A DNA stretch of 64,000 bases from Lingula anatina (taxonomy: Eukaryota; Animalia; Brachiopoda): assembly GCA_051362555.1 (NCBI GenBank), contig CM120643.1, forward strand, positions 21,146,848 through 21,210,847. The letters are read 5' to 3'. Numbering within the stretch: the stretch's first letter is position 1; the number at the start of each line of letters is the position of its first letter. The notes beneath the pieces were generated by a model. That model did no database searches and was not told the origin of the DNA. It saw only the letters and a program-made list of their open reading frames with translations. This document shows positions 38,864-52,680 of this stretch, one piece after another. A program made the translations under genes and the position numbers.

Positions 38864-40165
38864 TTTAAGCAATTTCGTAAATGTTAAATAAATGTCCATT
38901 CCGAAACACAGGACATGCCTAAAAGGACATATTAAAAAATGTAATTACTAAATTTAAACCTGACCTTGTCAAATAATATTTTATACAGCTATGAGCTGTA
39001 ACAAAAGGAAGTAGAATAGGGTATAATGGAGTGTAGAACTCTCTATTTTATGTCATGAACAAATACTAATGGAGTAACATTTCAAAAAAGAATCAAAAAC
39101 TATCCAAAATGACCAATTAATGTAATAAAAACAGTTCAGTTTTAATCTAGTTAACTCATATTTTGTCCAATGATTGCTTCACCTTGTAAACCAACATACT
39201 ATGAGATCTTAAGGCAATTTCATAAATGTTAAATAAATGTCCATTCCGAAACAAGGACATGTCTAAAAGGACATATTTATAAACATGTCTTTACTGTTGG
39301 TAAATCTGACATTGTCAAATAATATTTTATACAGCTATGAACTCTAACAAAAGAAACTGGAATAAGGTGTAATGGTGTAAAGAATACCTGGAATATATCT
39401 CAGAATCAATATTTAATAAAATAAAATTCCAGTAATGAATTACTAGTACAGAATAGACAAAACAAGCGCAAAATGTAATAAAAAGACTTCATTTTTAGTT
39501 CAGCTTGCACCTATTTTGCCCAGTTATTCATAGACTTTACCTAAAACTTATAAACTCAAATACTACAATATATTAAAACAATATCATAAATGTTAAAAAA
39601 ATGTCCTTTCCGAAACAGGGATGTTTCGGAAAGGACATTTATTTTAACATGACACTGCAATTAGCACACATGTCTGTGCAAAATAATATTTTACATAATC
39701 ATGAAGCATAACATAAAGAACTAATGCAAGGTAAAGTGAAGTACAGAAGTCCTCAGAATATCTCAGAATCAAAAACTTCATGAAGTCACATTTAATACTG
39801 AAACAGGAAAATTACAAAATATCATTGATTCGTCAAATTTTAGATATTTTCATCCATTTTTTTTTTGCAAATACATAAAAGAGCAATACTCTATGAGTAA
39901 AAATAAGTGGTTTTCTGGAGATCAATACCTTAAATTATCATAAAAGTCACACACTTCAAGGTTTAGCTTATGAAAATTAAAAAAATGATTTTCAAAATTC
40001 AAATAATCATAATTTTACACATACACAAGGTTTTATCTCGGGATTGTCATTTCTTATACCCTTCAGGTCTATACTTTCAAGAAAAGTACAAATTTCTACA
40101 CAATAATGACTTCTATTTTTGACCCTTGGTGGGAAAAAAAGGAGCCCAGGATTGTAAAAATGCCC

Positions 40166-40702
40166 TTATTGAGAAGGTGGATCACCCCACAGATTTCATT
40201 AGCAATATTGTCATAACAGAGAAGAAAGACGGTTCCATAAGGTTGTGCCTCAACCCCCAACATCTCAACAAAGAGATAAGAAGAGAACACTTCGATGTGC
40301 CTACATTCGAATCAGTAGCAGCGCAGATAGGAGGAAGTAAAGTCTTCACTATCATCGATCTCAAGGATTCCTACTACCAAGTGGAATTAGATGACTCCAG
40401 TTCAGAGCTTACTACTTTTTCCACACCTCTTGGACGCTATAAATTTAGACGAATGCCATTTGGAATTTCGAGTGCTGCAGATATTTTGCAGAAAAATGTT
40501 TACCGTGTCTTTGGTGACATTAGAAATACATACGCTATAGCAGATGACATTCTAATAGCAACAGAGACAGTTGAGGAACACGATCGAATCCTGGGGGAAG
40601 TGATCAAACGTGCCATGGAGAACAATGTTCGTTTTAATGCCAAGAAAACGCAGTTGAAACAAAACAGGGTATCATATTTTGGGATGATCGTTGGAGAACA
40701 AG
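40166..40702 (+). pseudogene. Gypsy reverse transcriptase core
   Basis: KKDGSIRLCLNP, IDLKDSYYQV, RMPFGISSA, IADDILI. Confidence 0.95.
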
Positions 40703-41868
40703 TAATCATGACCTGCAAACTCAAATATATCTGAACCCAGCTTTGACCATGGACGAGTTGGCAAAGAATGTGGAATTATTGGTTCCTTGGGATTCTGACG
40801 CGCATATGTGGCACATACTGGGCAATCAGCAATCTTGGTCTCTATGTCCTTGTTGATATTAGGCCAATACATAATTTCAGAGGCTCGTGCTTTGCACTTT
40901 TCACTGCCGGCATGTCCTTCATGAAGTGTAACAAGCATTTCTTGTCTCATGGCAACAGGAATTATAAGTCGCTCTCCAGCATATATCAGTCCTTCCTCCA
41001 CATGCATTTGTCCTCTTAAACTCCAATAGACCTGAATTTCTGGTGCTAGGGAAGACTTATGCTGAGGCCAACCATTCACAATATGGTTACGGATCAGCTG
41101 GAGGCTGCGGTCACTCTGAGTAGCATCTCGAAGTTCCTGAATCCTGTGCGTGGATGCTGGCAAATACTGGGTAACAGTATGAATCCTGTACTGTCCCTCT
41201 TCTAACTGAGAATCTATGCTCTCCTTAGATGGGTCATCAACATATGCACGTGACAGCGTGTCTGCAATGTACAACTTTGAACCTGGTACATATGTCACAC
41301 ATAGATTGTATTTCATCAATTTTAACAACATCATTTGCATTCTAGGAGACACCTGGTGTAGTGGTTTCCTTATAATTGCCTCTAGAGGTTTGTGATCACT
41401 CTCCACCATAACCTCATTGCCGTAAATATAATGGTGAAACTTTGTTGCTGCATACAAAATAGCTAAAAGTTCCTTCTCGATCTGTGCATATCTCGTCTCA
41501 GTATCAGTTAATGCACGCGAGGCATAAGCAATAGGTTGACCATCTTGTAATAGACATGCACCTAATCCTGTAGATGACGCGTCTGCTTGTATTGTCACTG
41601 GCTTGGCTGGCTCAAACAACTTCAGCACTGGTTCTTCTGAGAGTACATCCTTTATTTGTTGCATGGCAGCTTTCTGCTCTGGTCCCCAATTCCAAGGTAC
41701 TCCAGCTTTCAACAAATTGCTGATTGGACTCATGGTAGCAGACTTATTTGGAATAAATGGTGATAGGAAATTCAACATTCCTGTTAAACGCTTCACTGCC
41801 TCAGTATCAGTTGGGTCTGGCATTTCCAGAATTGAGCGAATCTTCTCTGGGTCTGGTCGGATTCCTTG
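40703..41868 (-). pseudogene. Inverted Gypsy pol segment (RT thumb, RNase H, integrase Zn finger)
   Basis: QGIRPDPEKI...ADASSTGLGA...YAQIEKELLA...SDHKPL...HEGH..CPVC...SDIFEFAGHDYL on the - strand, flanked by + strand pol on both sides. Confidence 0.95.
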
Positions 41869-42715
41869 ATTACTTGTTGATAGTTGATTATTATTCAAAG
41901 TTTCCTGAAGTTGTCAAGCTGCAAAACAAAACAGCAGCTGGTGTTATTGCAGCAATGAAACCAGTGTTTTCAAGGCATGGTATTCCAGATACCTTAGTTA
42001 GTGATAATATGCCTTACAATAGTGCTACTTTTAAGCAGTTTGCGAAAGAGTGGGGATTTAATTGTGTTTATACTAGTCCCACTTATGCTCAGTCTAATGG
42101 TCAAAGTGAGCGATTTGTGCAGTCAATTAAAGGAATGCTTAAGAAAGCACAAGCAGAGGGTAAAGATCCTCACATAGCTTTGTTAGAATATAGAAATACA
42201 CCTTTAGCTGGTATAGGTTCATCACCAGCTCAGTTCAGTTGTTAATGAGTAGGAGGTTAAAAGATAAATTGCCTACTACAAATAATTTGCTGCGACCAAA
42301 GGTGGTAAATGATGCACAGTCAAAGCTGCGCAAGCGTCAGCAAAAGCAGAAATTCTATTATGATAGAAATGCTAAATATCACCAGTCATTTAATGTGGGT
42401 GATAGTGTTCGTGTGAATTTAGGACAAAATTGGGAACATGCCAGAGTGACAGATATTCATAATACGCCGAGGTCATATGAGGTGACTACTCCAGGTGGAC
42501 ATTCATATCGTAGAAACCAACGCATGATAAACAAGTCTCCCGACTCGGTGCCTGAGTCGCATGTTATGGATACTGAACCATCACATACTAGTATGAGTAA
42601 AACGGTGCACCAGAACAATGAAACTGGAAAACAAATTGTTCAGCCACAAATGTGTAGGCGTAGTACTCGGGAGAGACATCCGCCTAGGTGGCAAACAGAT
42701 TATGAAATGAAGTGA
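41868..42715 (+). pseudogene. Gypsy integrase core and C-terminus (one frameshift)
   Basis: DYLLIVDYYSKF, SDN, QSNGQSER, YRNTP; 5-bp duplication cagttcagtt at 42231-42240 shifts the frame. Confidence 0.93.
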
Positions 42716-44392
42716 CTGCATGTTTATTGGTTATATTAAAAAAAAAAAAAAACACTTGTTGATTGTACACAGTGCCTGTAACGCATTTAAATGTGTGTTT
42801 GTAAGAAAACACTGTTGAAAAGTACTGCATTGACTTTATGCACTCAGGAAGATCAACATTGACTGTTTAGAGACGTTGTGTTTAATGTTATTGCACTTAT
42901 TATAAAATGCATTTTGCTGATCAGAGACAATCATAACAGAACTTTTACTCTTTATTTGTATTTTATTACTTTAACTAAGGTAGTAATACAATGTTTAAGA
43001 TAAGCATGTGTATCACATTTTGTAGCTAGACATATAAGTAATTGTTAAGTGATTGTCTGTATGTTAATTAGTTTTTCCTTTAAAAGGGGGGGGATGTCAC
43101 ATAGTGGTGCGTCATGCACATTATGTAATATTATCCAATTAGAATAAAGCGCGGCTGTGTGCTGCAGTTGAGTAATTATTACAACGTGTCATCTGGTGTG
43201 CGCTCCTCCGCTCGTAACATATCAAGTAAAAATGTGTGTTATCCGTATCCCGTAACCACCGTCGAAAACGAAGTGACATTTCTTAAAAATCACAAAAAGA
43301 GCTGTATGGTGGAGCTGCACAAAAAGTCTGACGTGATTGACTTCATGTTAATTTGTATGTGTGAATTTACAAAGCAGACAAAATTTAGTAATTGTTTCCT
43401 TACTTTTCCACCAGATTCCAAATAAAGTGTGTCAATTTTGGGTCTCAAAATTTAAAAAAATACAGAAAGATTTTAAAATCAAGAATTGTTTTGGACATCT
43501 GTCACATTTTAACCAAAGCCAAGGAAATCTATCAGCTGATCTTTGCTGTTTGGGAGTAAAAATGTGGGGGAGTATTGGTGCACTGGAGTATTGGTGCAGG
43601 GAATATCAGTGCTGGAGATGTAGCCACCATGACACGGCACATAATAACTGTCAGTGATATTTAGTCATGCCTTTAGTGCAGTGAATGTGCAACATGGAAA
43701 TAACTACTGTTTATAGATGAGTATACATATATTTAAGAAACATTCCTTAGGTATGGATGTTGCAAAGGTTTAGTGACACCAGTGCAAGGCAAATGTGTCA
43801 ACAAATTTGATTGTCAGGAAATACCGAAATGACACTAAATGACACAAATTGCTCCTTGGTGTTGCTTTAAACATCAAAATAACTTGCTATATATATAGAT
43901 TCTACACCCAAAGTGCATTTATCTTAAAGGGATAACAGCTGTGCATATCAGATTCCCGTTTCACATTAAAAAACATTGTAAACACCTCATAGAAACTGAA
44001 TTTAACCACAAAAACAGCAGTTATTGCAATTATTCTGGATTCTTTGCTTGCTATCAGACCATGTGGACCTTCATAGATGGCTTTACTTTTGTAATTATCT
44101 CTAAACAGATTATTACTAAAAACTTAACTGTTCTAAAAATAAATATGTTGGATTCATTAACCTTTGGCAAGAACTATGGGAAAACCGTTGTTTATCCCAG
44201 GAAATACAATTTTTGGCAAAAAAAAAAAAAAAAAACTATCTTCCTTAGTTGTTGTCCTTTGAAACTCAATAAATCATTATCTGTTATGGCGAAATACTTT
44301 AGCTGCAGCTCCTGAATTAAGGCAGAAGTAGGTGGCCATTTTGAAAATACTTCACTTCATCCTAATTTCATATTATTGTTTTTTTCCCCCAG

Positions 44393-44492
44393 TGGACACC
44401 AGTTTGAGATAATAGTGATAGATGATGGCAGCCCAGATGGTACCCTGGAAGTGGCAAAACAGCTAGAGAAAATCTATGGCAAAGAAAAGATA
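44393..44492 (+). CDS. DPM1: DPM1 exon 2
   Basis: GHQFEIIVIDDGSPDGTLEVAKQLEKIYGKEKI; cag|...|gtaagt. Confidence 0.97.
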
Positions 44493-45234
44493 GTAAGTTT
44501 GTCAAGTCCATGATCTTATTTACTAGTACTAGTGTGTGTGTGCGTGTGTGTTTATATGTTCAGTTCAGTTCTGTTCTGCTTCCCACCTGTACATTGTGCA
44601 CAATCAGCAGCAGGTGTGCTGTGTTTGCTCCTAGCCATCATGCAGATTTTCAGTGTTTATCATGATAACAATTATGATTTATGTCCTACATCATGATGTG
44701 CAGTGAAACAGTGTGGGCTTGACCTGCAGCAGAAATTTTATATGCTGTCAGCTCGCTAGGAACTATTATTAAAATATTTCTTTCCATGTTTCACATGGGA
44801 AATCTATTGCAAACTCAGGGAAATCTATGTCAAATTTTACATTCCCCTTTGGGAAATTAATGAAAAAATGAGGGAAATGCAAAAAAAAAAAAAAAAACTA
44901 ATGAGGAAATTGCTATAAGGGGTCATTTTCTTGAAGAACTCACACAAAAGTTTAGGGCTCGACATTAAAGGGTCACTTCAGGGGATTTTCCTGCCAAAAT
45001 GTATTTTGCTATTTTTAGAAGTTCTCTCCATGCATTTGAAAATCCCCCACATTCATATTCATGTACAGTGATGTACTGTTAGTAAAGCATCTTATATTTC
45101 ACCGACGAGTTCTCAAGACAATAAAACACTTCAGTTAAAAGATTATCTAAAGTGTTCATGTACCTTGTGTAGTTGTTGTCTTTTCAGCATACTTGGGTAT
45201 CCATTGCTATCTTGCAAGGTTTGTTTTACACACT

Positions 45235-45551
45235 CAGGCCTACCCAACTACCAGACTCGGCAATGAATGATCCTGAATTCACTGGTAGATCGGACCACAC
45301 TACCCGTTTTCAAGGTGTGCGTCAGTACGCGCTTCCAAGTATCAGACGCGACACTGCTCTTGCCTAGTACGCGATGTGATAGTGGTGATTCTCAGCGGGG
45401 TTGGAAAGTATTGCATCACCACGCAAAATTTGTTCGAGGTATGATACTGTGAAATGCGTACTGATACACACCTTGAAAACTGGTAGTGTGGTCCGATCTA
45501 CCGGTGAATTTGGGATCATTCGGTGCCGAGTCTGGTAGTTGGGTAGGCCTG
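45235..45551. mobile_element. Fold-back MITE (~120-bp imperfect TIRs) in DPM1 intron 2
   Basis: acact|caggcctacccaactaccagactcggca ... tgccgagtctggtagttgggtaggcctg|acact. Confidence 0.88.
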
Positions 45552-45754
45552 ACACTGCACATGGCCGCAATACAAAACACTCCAACATTTTATTGTTGGA
45601 AAGTGAGGCAGTGCAAAACCTTTCATTTTAAGCTTTCACAAGTTTTAGTTATCAACATCACTTTTTATTTACTTTGAAATAAGAATAGTACATGATAATA
45701 GTGCAACCATTGCCAGACAGTATAGCAAAAGAATTTTTATTTTACACTGATTGA

Positions 45755-46129
<375 letters not shown>

Positions 46130-46372
46130 TAATTACATTTACATTAATTTTAAACTGTCTGTTTAATTATTTTATTTTATAGAATTTTATTTGATAACAC
46201 TTAGTCTCTACATTGCAACAGTTGGCAGGTTATTAACTAACTGCCATGAACTATTGAGGGTAAAAAGTAACTTACAGCACAAAATTCATTGTTTTATGTA
46301 CAAATATATAATGTGTTTTTTTTCATCCAGTAATTGCTAATATAACTGCAATTTGATTTTTTTTTTTTTTAG

Positions 46373-46398
46373 CCAAAATTTATTCCTGAGTTTATAAA
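46373..46398 (+). CDS. DPM1: DPM1 exon 4 (26-nt mini-exon)
   Basis: PKFIPEFI(K); poly-T ag|...|gtaagt. Confidence 0.93.
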
Positions 46399-46939
46399 GT
46401 AAGTACATTTCATTGTTTGTTCTGGTCTCTGTTTTTATCAGAATCATAGTTAATTTATAGGTGTGTCATAATTAATGCATATGAAACGGGTGAAAATACA
46501 AACTAGGAAAGCAAATTCAAGTAGACAGTGAAAAGAGATAGGGTTTCCATTTTTTGAAAACTGTCTTGTTGTGCTGACATTGTGACGTTATTGCTTTTCA
46601 TTTTAAGAAAATAAGTTTTATTGATATGTTGCTACTTTCACTGGTGCAGTGATATGATTTTTAAAGTTGTGCTTTCAATGCCAGTGAAATATGTAGAGAG
46701 AGATCTTACTAAAATGTTGTCTGCTCAAAGCTCTGCTGTTTTGTGTCGCTTTGCTGTGTTGTGCTATGTCAAGACATCATTTTGCTGTCAACATTTATAC
46801 ATTAAAGTATCAGCAGCTATCACCAGTAATTTTATGTTTCAGCATTTCTTTAGGCAATTCTGTCAATCACACCGCTAATAGCCTTCAATTCTTGAAATTC
46901 TGCAGTACTGTGTTGGCATTGTTTATGTTATGTTACTGA

Positions 46940-47059
<120 letters not shown>

Positions 47060-47372
47060 TGATTCCCAGTTTTTACTAGTCTTGTGAATTTCAGTTGCAT
47101 CGTTTTCTATTCTCCTACAGATCTATTCACGCTTCTCCTAAAGAGCTATGCTATCTTCGGCTTTGGGGCTAATTTGTGACCATGTTCTGAAAAAAATTGT
47201 ATAGTGTATAATATGCCAGTTCCTTAAACATATGGACTGTTTTCAGCCATGGTGGAAACTTGGAAAGTTTGACTAAGTCTAATATAAACTGTAACCCTGT
47301 TCTAAAACATTTGAACTCCTTTTTCAGCTCTGGTTTTATGTTTGAATAGAGTAAATTATCAGTATGTCATAA

Positions 47373-47462
<90 letters not shown>

Positions 47463-50455
47463 TAAGTGAAGGTGAAAATGTTCATTCTGTTTCATACAAA
47501 GAATTTAACTTTGAGAGGGTCACTGTTTCCTGCTTGGGAAATATGAAATCATAGATTCTCTTCATTTTAATGAATTTGAGTGTGGTAGAGGTGAGTGACA
47601 CTATTTAGCCTCTGGCACAACTAATGCATTCACTTTTCACATGACCAATATCTGTAGGGGATAAGGTGTCAGTCATTTACTACTGCATTCTACCATAGAA
47701 GTATTATTAAGTTGGGGAGAAAAATTAAGAGAACTTGTCGGTGCTGGAGGCCCAGGTACCACATCAAGTGGCCCATACTAATGAATAGAAATTGAAGGAG
47801 GATCTCTCATCTTTCAGAAACACAATTTCTGCCGTAGCAATTTTGATAAAAATTGTAAGACTAAATCTGCTCACCATATGAGTTAAAAATATAGCAAGAA
47901 ATGGGTGCAATCCACAGCATCCCCAAAAAACATGATCAAGTTTGTAAACAAGTCATAAGTGGGTAATATCTTTCATATACATCTTAAAAGTCCAAGTGTA
48001 ACCAAGAGTTCTTTGCTAAACACAACTTTTTGTTGACATATTCATGATGTTTCAATCAAAATAACAACAAAGCTTTCATTAAAGGATGAATTACTTATTT
48101 TATTGCCTGTTACATTTTGATAACTAGCCACTGTTTTGAAAAAGTACTAAAGTTATTATAAGAGGACCTCCTTAAGTTGAAATCTGTTTGAGTAGCAAGC
48201 CACTGGTCTGAGACAAATAACTTGTAGACTTTGTGCTGCACTATCCAAAGAGTTGGATTTTCCATTGTAACTGGTTGAAATTTCAGCTGATGTTTCAGAT
48301 TATTTCCCATCATGCATAGATTTTATCTTAGGTCTAGTCAATTTTGATATAGACTTCTACTTCTCCTTGGTCTACAAGTCTGAATTTAGACCAGCATGGG
48401 CATCAAGATTTACAAGTCAGATTGAACAACATGTTGAACAGACTAGGCAGGCAGAACAACCCAAAACTTACATTATTGTCTCATAAATAGACTCCAAGGA
48501 TTTTTTCATCTCGATAATTATTCGAACGTGTAGCTGAATTGTGTGTGCAGCTCTTTCTATTTTCAAAATAAAAGTATAAAACTAGATAGATTGAGTACCA
48601 AAATAATACATAACCTTGAAATTAAACATACACACACAGATCACACTTTCTTGGATATAAAACGGTCATCTTTGCTAATTTTATATATTAGCTAACACTG
48701 CCCATTAGGATGTGCATCACATAAGCAGTTGTTTTAATATGTATGCATACAAAAACACAAAAATCAAGATCTTAGACAGTGGTTAGACATATACTAATGA
48801 ATTAGGCAAAAGTATATTATCCATTTTTGTTTCTTCATTTTTTTCAAGAAATTACTAAGGAAAAAAGAGAGGTAACAATCTTTGTAGTTAAGTGTATGGG
48901 TAATTTTATCTGGTAAATTACAAGAATAGTTTCATAACTTAATCAACTTATACATCTAACATTTGTACTGGCTTTTGGCTTGAAGACTGAGCTTATGCAA
49001 TTTTCATAAAGGTCATGATATTTATGAGTATCTTAAAGGTAATTAAATATCCTTGTTTTTTCCCTGTTAAATAAGTTTTTTTTTTCAAATATTCTAAAAC
49101 TTGATGATTGAACTATCATAGTTAAAATATAACTATCAGATATTTTAATGTTTAAGGTGTTATATGAATTATATTCTTGTCCATCAAGAATAAGGGTGTT
49201 ATTAATATCCAAAATAAAAAGCTAAATAGTAAAATAGTTTTTCTGCTAGGTTATGAGGTTATGGGATTTCTTATTACCATTTAAGGGAAAAGCATTAATA
49301 TGATATTTTCAGATGTTTAAAGATGTTATTATTTCATTGATTATAATTATTATTATTAGTAGTAGTGGTACTAGTAGAAGTCTGTAATAAATTTTGGAAA
49401 GAATTGTTTAACCTTGGAAAAAAGACATCTAATACTGCAACCAGAAGAGAAACAGAAAGGCACATACCTATATGTGACAAGATACAGTACCTGTTTCTAT
49501 CTGTCCTCTTTTGTATAAGTATATATTTGCATTCAGTTCTGTTTAAGTACACTTGTACTCAACCTGCTCTAGTTCACGAGACATTAGTCAGCAGGCCCTG
49601 TTATTTTATGCTCAAACATCCTTTTTTATCTTCAAAATCCAAGCACTGAGAAACCACTGGGGGTAAAATAGATTTTTGTATGAAAATCATTGAAACTTTT
49701 TCTTCGTGAAACTCCCTTAAAAGTGGGTCTTAATGTACCTATCTTTCTTCAGGGATATTGAATTAACTTCATTTATTAACTGATTTACCTCCTGCATGAG
49801 TTCTTTGAATTATTTTGCCATTTTGTCATTATATACTCCTTTTGAAGATGGATTAGATTAGGTTTTACATTTTGTGTTAACATGCTTCCAATGTGAAAGA
49901 TTATTTGATTAAGTATGAAGTGCAGCTTTATCTGAAGATTATGTGACCTAGAATTGGTGAAAAGAATCAATTTAACATGAAATTGAATGAAAAGAATTTT
50001 TATATCAAGAAGTTAAAGGGCATTCATGGTCTCATACATAGATGAAATACAGCAAAGAGAATGCAGAATTATTAGGCTTAAACTTTTTTTACACATTACA
50101 CTTTTTAAAGTGATGCTAAAACATAATCACTAATTTTGATTTTTATTGTCTGAATTATCATGCCATTGCAATTCACCGCCTGCTATTTCTTAAAGGTCAA
50201 ACAATACTCATATTTTGATTTACTTTTTCCTGAAAAAAATAATTTCATTGCCACATTGTTATTTGGTCTTGTACTGAGAAATTGCTTAGGAGTATTTGAT
50301 TAAGTTAGTACAGGTTTGTACAGAAAACATGTTTTGAAGAAGATGGTTCTGTTCATATATGCTCAAACAATGTGTCTAACAACAGATTTTTTTTAGATTA
50401 TATTGGAAATGTGTTCTGAGAAATGGTACCAGTTTTACATATGTATATGGATGTG

Positions 50456-50493
<38 letters not shown>

Positions 50494-50544
50494 TTTTTTC
50501 ATGCTTTTTTTGTTCAAGGTTATATAAAAAAGTTTATTGTTTAA

Positions 50545-50724
<180 letters not shown>

Positions 50725-50920
50725 TAACTTGTTGCATGGTGAAAAAAATGAGACAAAAGCAAAACGAGCTAAACGATACAGATAATAAGCAATTTCCTCT
50801 TTCTTTGGTCTGGATTACATTTGTATCAGTACGGTTGTCCTTGCTATTTAGTAATTGGCCTCGTTTGGCGCATTTTTTTAAAAATATATTCACCAGTGCA
50901 TTGTACTTTTATTTTTTTAG

Positions 50921-51025
<105 letters not shown>

Positions 51026-52494
51026 CCAGTACCGACAGGTCACGTGACCAGGGTCATTTTGAAGGACATTAGCCTGGACTTGATGACCCACTTGGAAGGG
51101 AATGGGGATAGGGTTACTGCTTGGTTACCGGTGTCGCTGACTCGGGACGACGTCGTGGTCAGACGGTCAGAAGAAAAATCTTTTTTTTTTTTTTTTTTTG
51201 AAAATTTGGATTGTAGTGACTTTTGTCAGTGACTTTTTGCCAACGTCTTTTTATTATTTATTTAACGCTTAAAAAGATAGGAATTGGTGAGATTTGAATT
51301 ATTTACCACATAATCGATTTATAACAAAAGAGATTTGCCTCGATCGATGATCATTTTCTTTTATGATGGTGCCTCTTTCTTGTGTGCCTCTTTCTTTCTC
51401 AAATCGCATAAAACAATGAATAGAGCACGCCTTTGTTTTGAAATGAACTTTTCTTCAAAAATAAAAACAAATCTTCGCAGTCTGAGCACGCCGGTCTGAT
51501 CCCGAAAACTTGGAGTTACGCCACACAGACTGGCGGGACGCAGAAAGGGCGCCGTCCAGTGTAAAGGGGACTTAAACAAGATGTACTGTTAGTGTGTGTG
51601 GTTGGGGGGGGGGGGGGGGTACTAGTGCAGGTGCACTCACAAAACCAAAGAATAGGAGGCTTCGATAACCAGTCAGAAAAGCTGGAGCTAATAAGGGGCG
51701 AAAGTGTGGTCATTTTGGCCATGTGCTTGCTGTAATTTCACCCGAAACGACAGGCAAAGGGCTTTGTTAGAGGCGATCTGGGGTTCGATAAGTAAGAAAG
51801 GCGATATTACACGTTCAGAAGGGGCAGTAGAGAGGTGGAGAGAATAGCAGTCATATATCAAGTACGAGACATTTAAGGTTAACTGAATCAAACATTAAGA
51901 GTGTAATGTTTTATTGGGATGAAAAGACGGATAATTTGTTTTTTGTTGTTATTTAGCTGTGGAGTTAATCTGTACATTTTAAGACGGTGTATGTGTACGG
52001 TTTTATATGTAGTCTATTTATTCAGGTTTGCGAGAATACAGTTTATATGTGATATCTATTTGCATGTTATTAAAACGTCAATCGGGAATTTTTTCAACTT
52101 ATTACTGAATTGTATCCAAATTCCATGATTTGACTGCTTTCCGAAATCCAGTTGATTTCGATATAAATATCGCTGAAATATTTCAATGTCTGCCAAAGAA
52201 AAAGTGATTATTTTTGGATTGAGCTACTTCTTGATTCCTGTGCATTCTTGACATTGCTGCCTTGTTTTCCCGCCGGCAAAGTCGGACGTAGAAATAATAG
52301 GGCAGGTGTCACACTCCGGGTGGAAATGGGGCCACATGATGAAAAGTTCGCATGCACTGAAGGAAGAAGTAAGCCATATTTTGCCTATTTTGTCTCGGGG
52401 TCCGTCAAGGGTCCAAAGATTTGTCTTACTGAACAGCACTGTGAATAAAAATATAAAAAAGTTCAAAGAAGCTACGGTTTCAGAAATCATAAAC

Positions 52495-52680
52495 GACTAA
52501 GAGAACGCAGACCTCCGCCAAGGCAGCTCAATTAATCAATCAATTAATCTGATCGATTGTAAGTTGGTCCATGTTTCGCATATTTGCGAATTTGATCACA
52601 ATTCGTCAATAAACTTTTGAGTTGGGCTGCCAACTTGGAGAACAACAAAGGCAAAAACATCTTTGGCGGAGTGAATAACA
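52495..52680 (-). mobile_element. Non-autonomous Helentron/DINE-1-type element
   Basis: gagaacgcagacctccgccaaggc ... aacatctttggcggagtgaataa: subterminal inverted ctccgccaa/ttggcggag motif. Confidence 0.55.

Larger units (their letters stand above)
33282..40165. mobile_element. 6.9-kb TIR DNA transposon (GGG..CCC ends, 4-bp TSD; Sola2-like), apparently non-autonomous
   Basis: Perfect 22-bp TIR gggcatttttacaatcctgggc; TSD TTAT at 33278-33281 and 40166-40169; subterminal tgtcc(a/t)ttccgaaaca motif at ~33676, 33862, 34038, 38893, 39238, 39602. Boundaries are firm; the superfamily is inferred only from termini. Confidence 0.88.
31730..43219 (+). mobile_element. Ty3/Gypsy LTR retrotransposon (Mag/SURL/Steamer-like), full length but disrupted, in DPM1 intron 1
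   Basis: 125-bp LTRs TG..CA at 31730-31854 and 43095-43219 (3 mismatches); PBS TGGTGTCAGAAGTGGGAT (tRNA-Leu) at 31860; PPT AAAAGGGGGGGGA at 43082-43094; gag-PR-RT-RH-IN order. Confidence 0.97.

Noticed and set aside
33282-40165. Autonomous transposase gene or piggyBac assignment
   Set aside because: No long ORF or DDE motif seen; ends are GGG..CCC with TTAT rather than CCC..GGG with TTAA.
40672-41898. Independent second retroelement inserted on the - strand
   Set aside because: Its ends continue the flanking + strand pol exactly (GEQ/GIRPD and GH/DYLLIVD), so it is an inversion.
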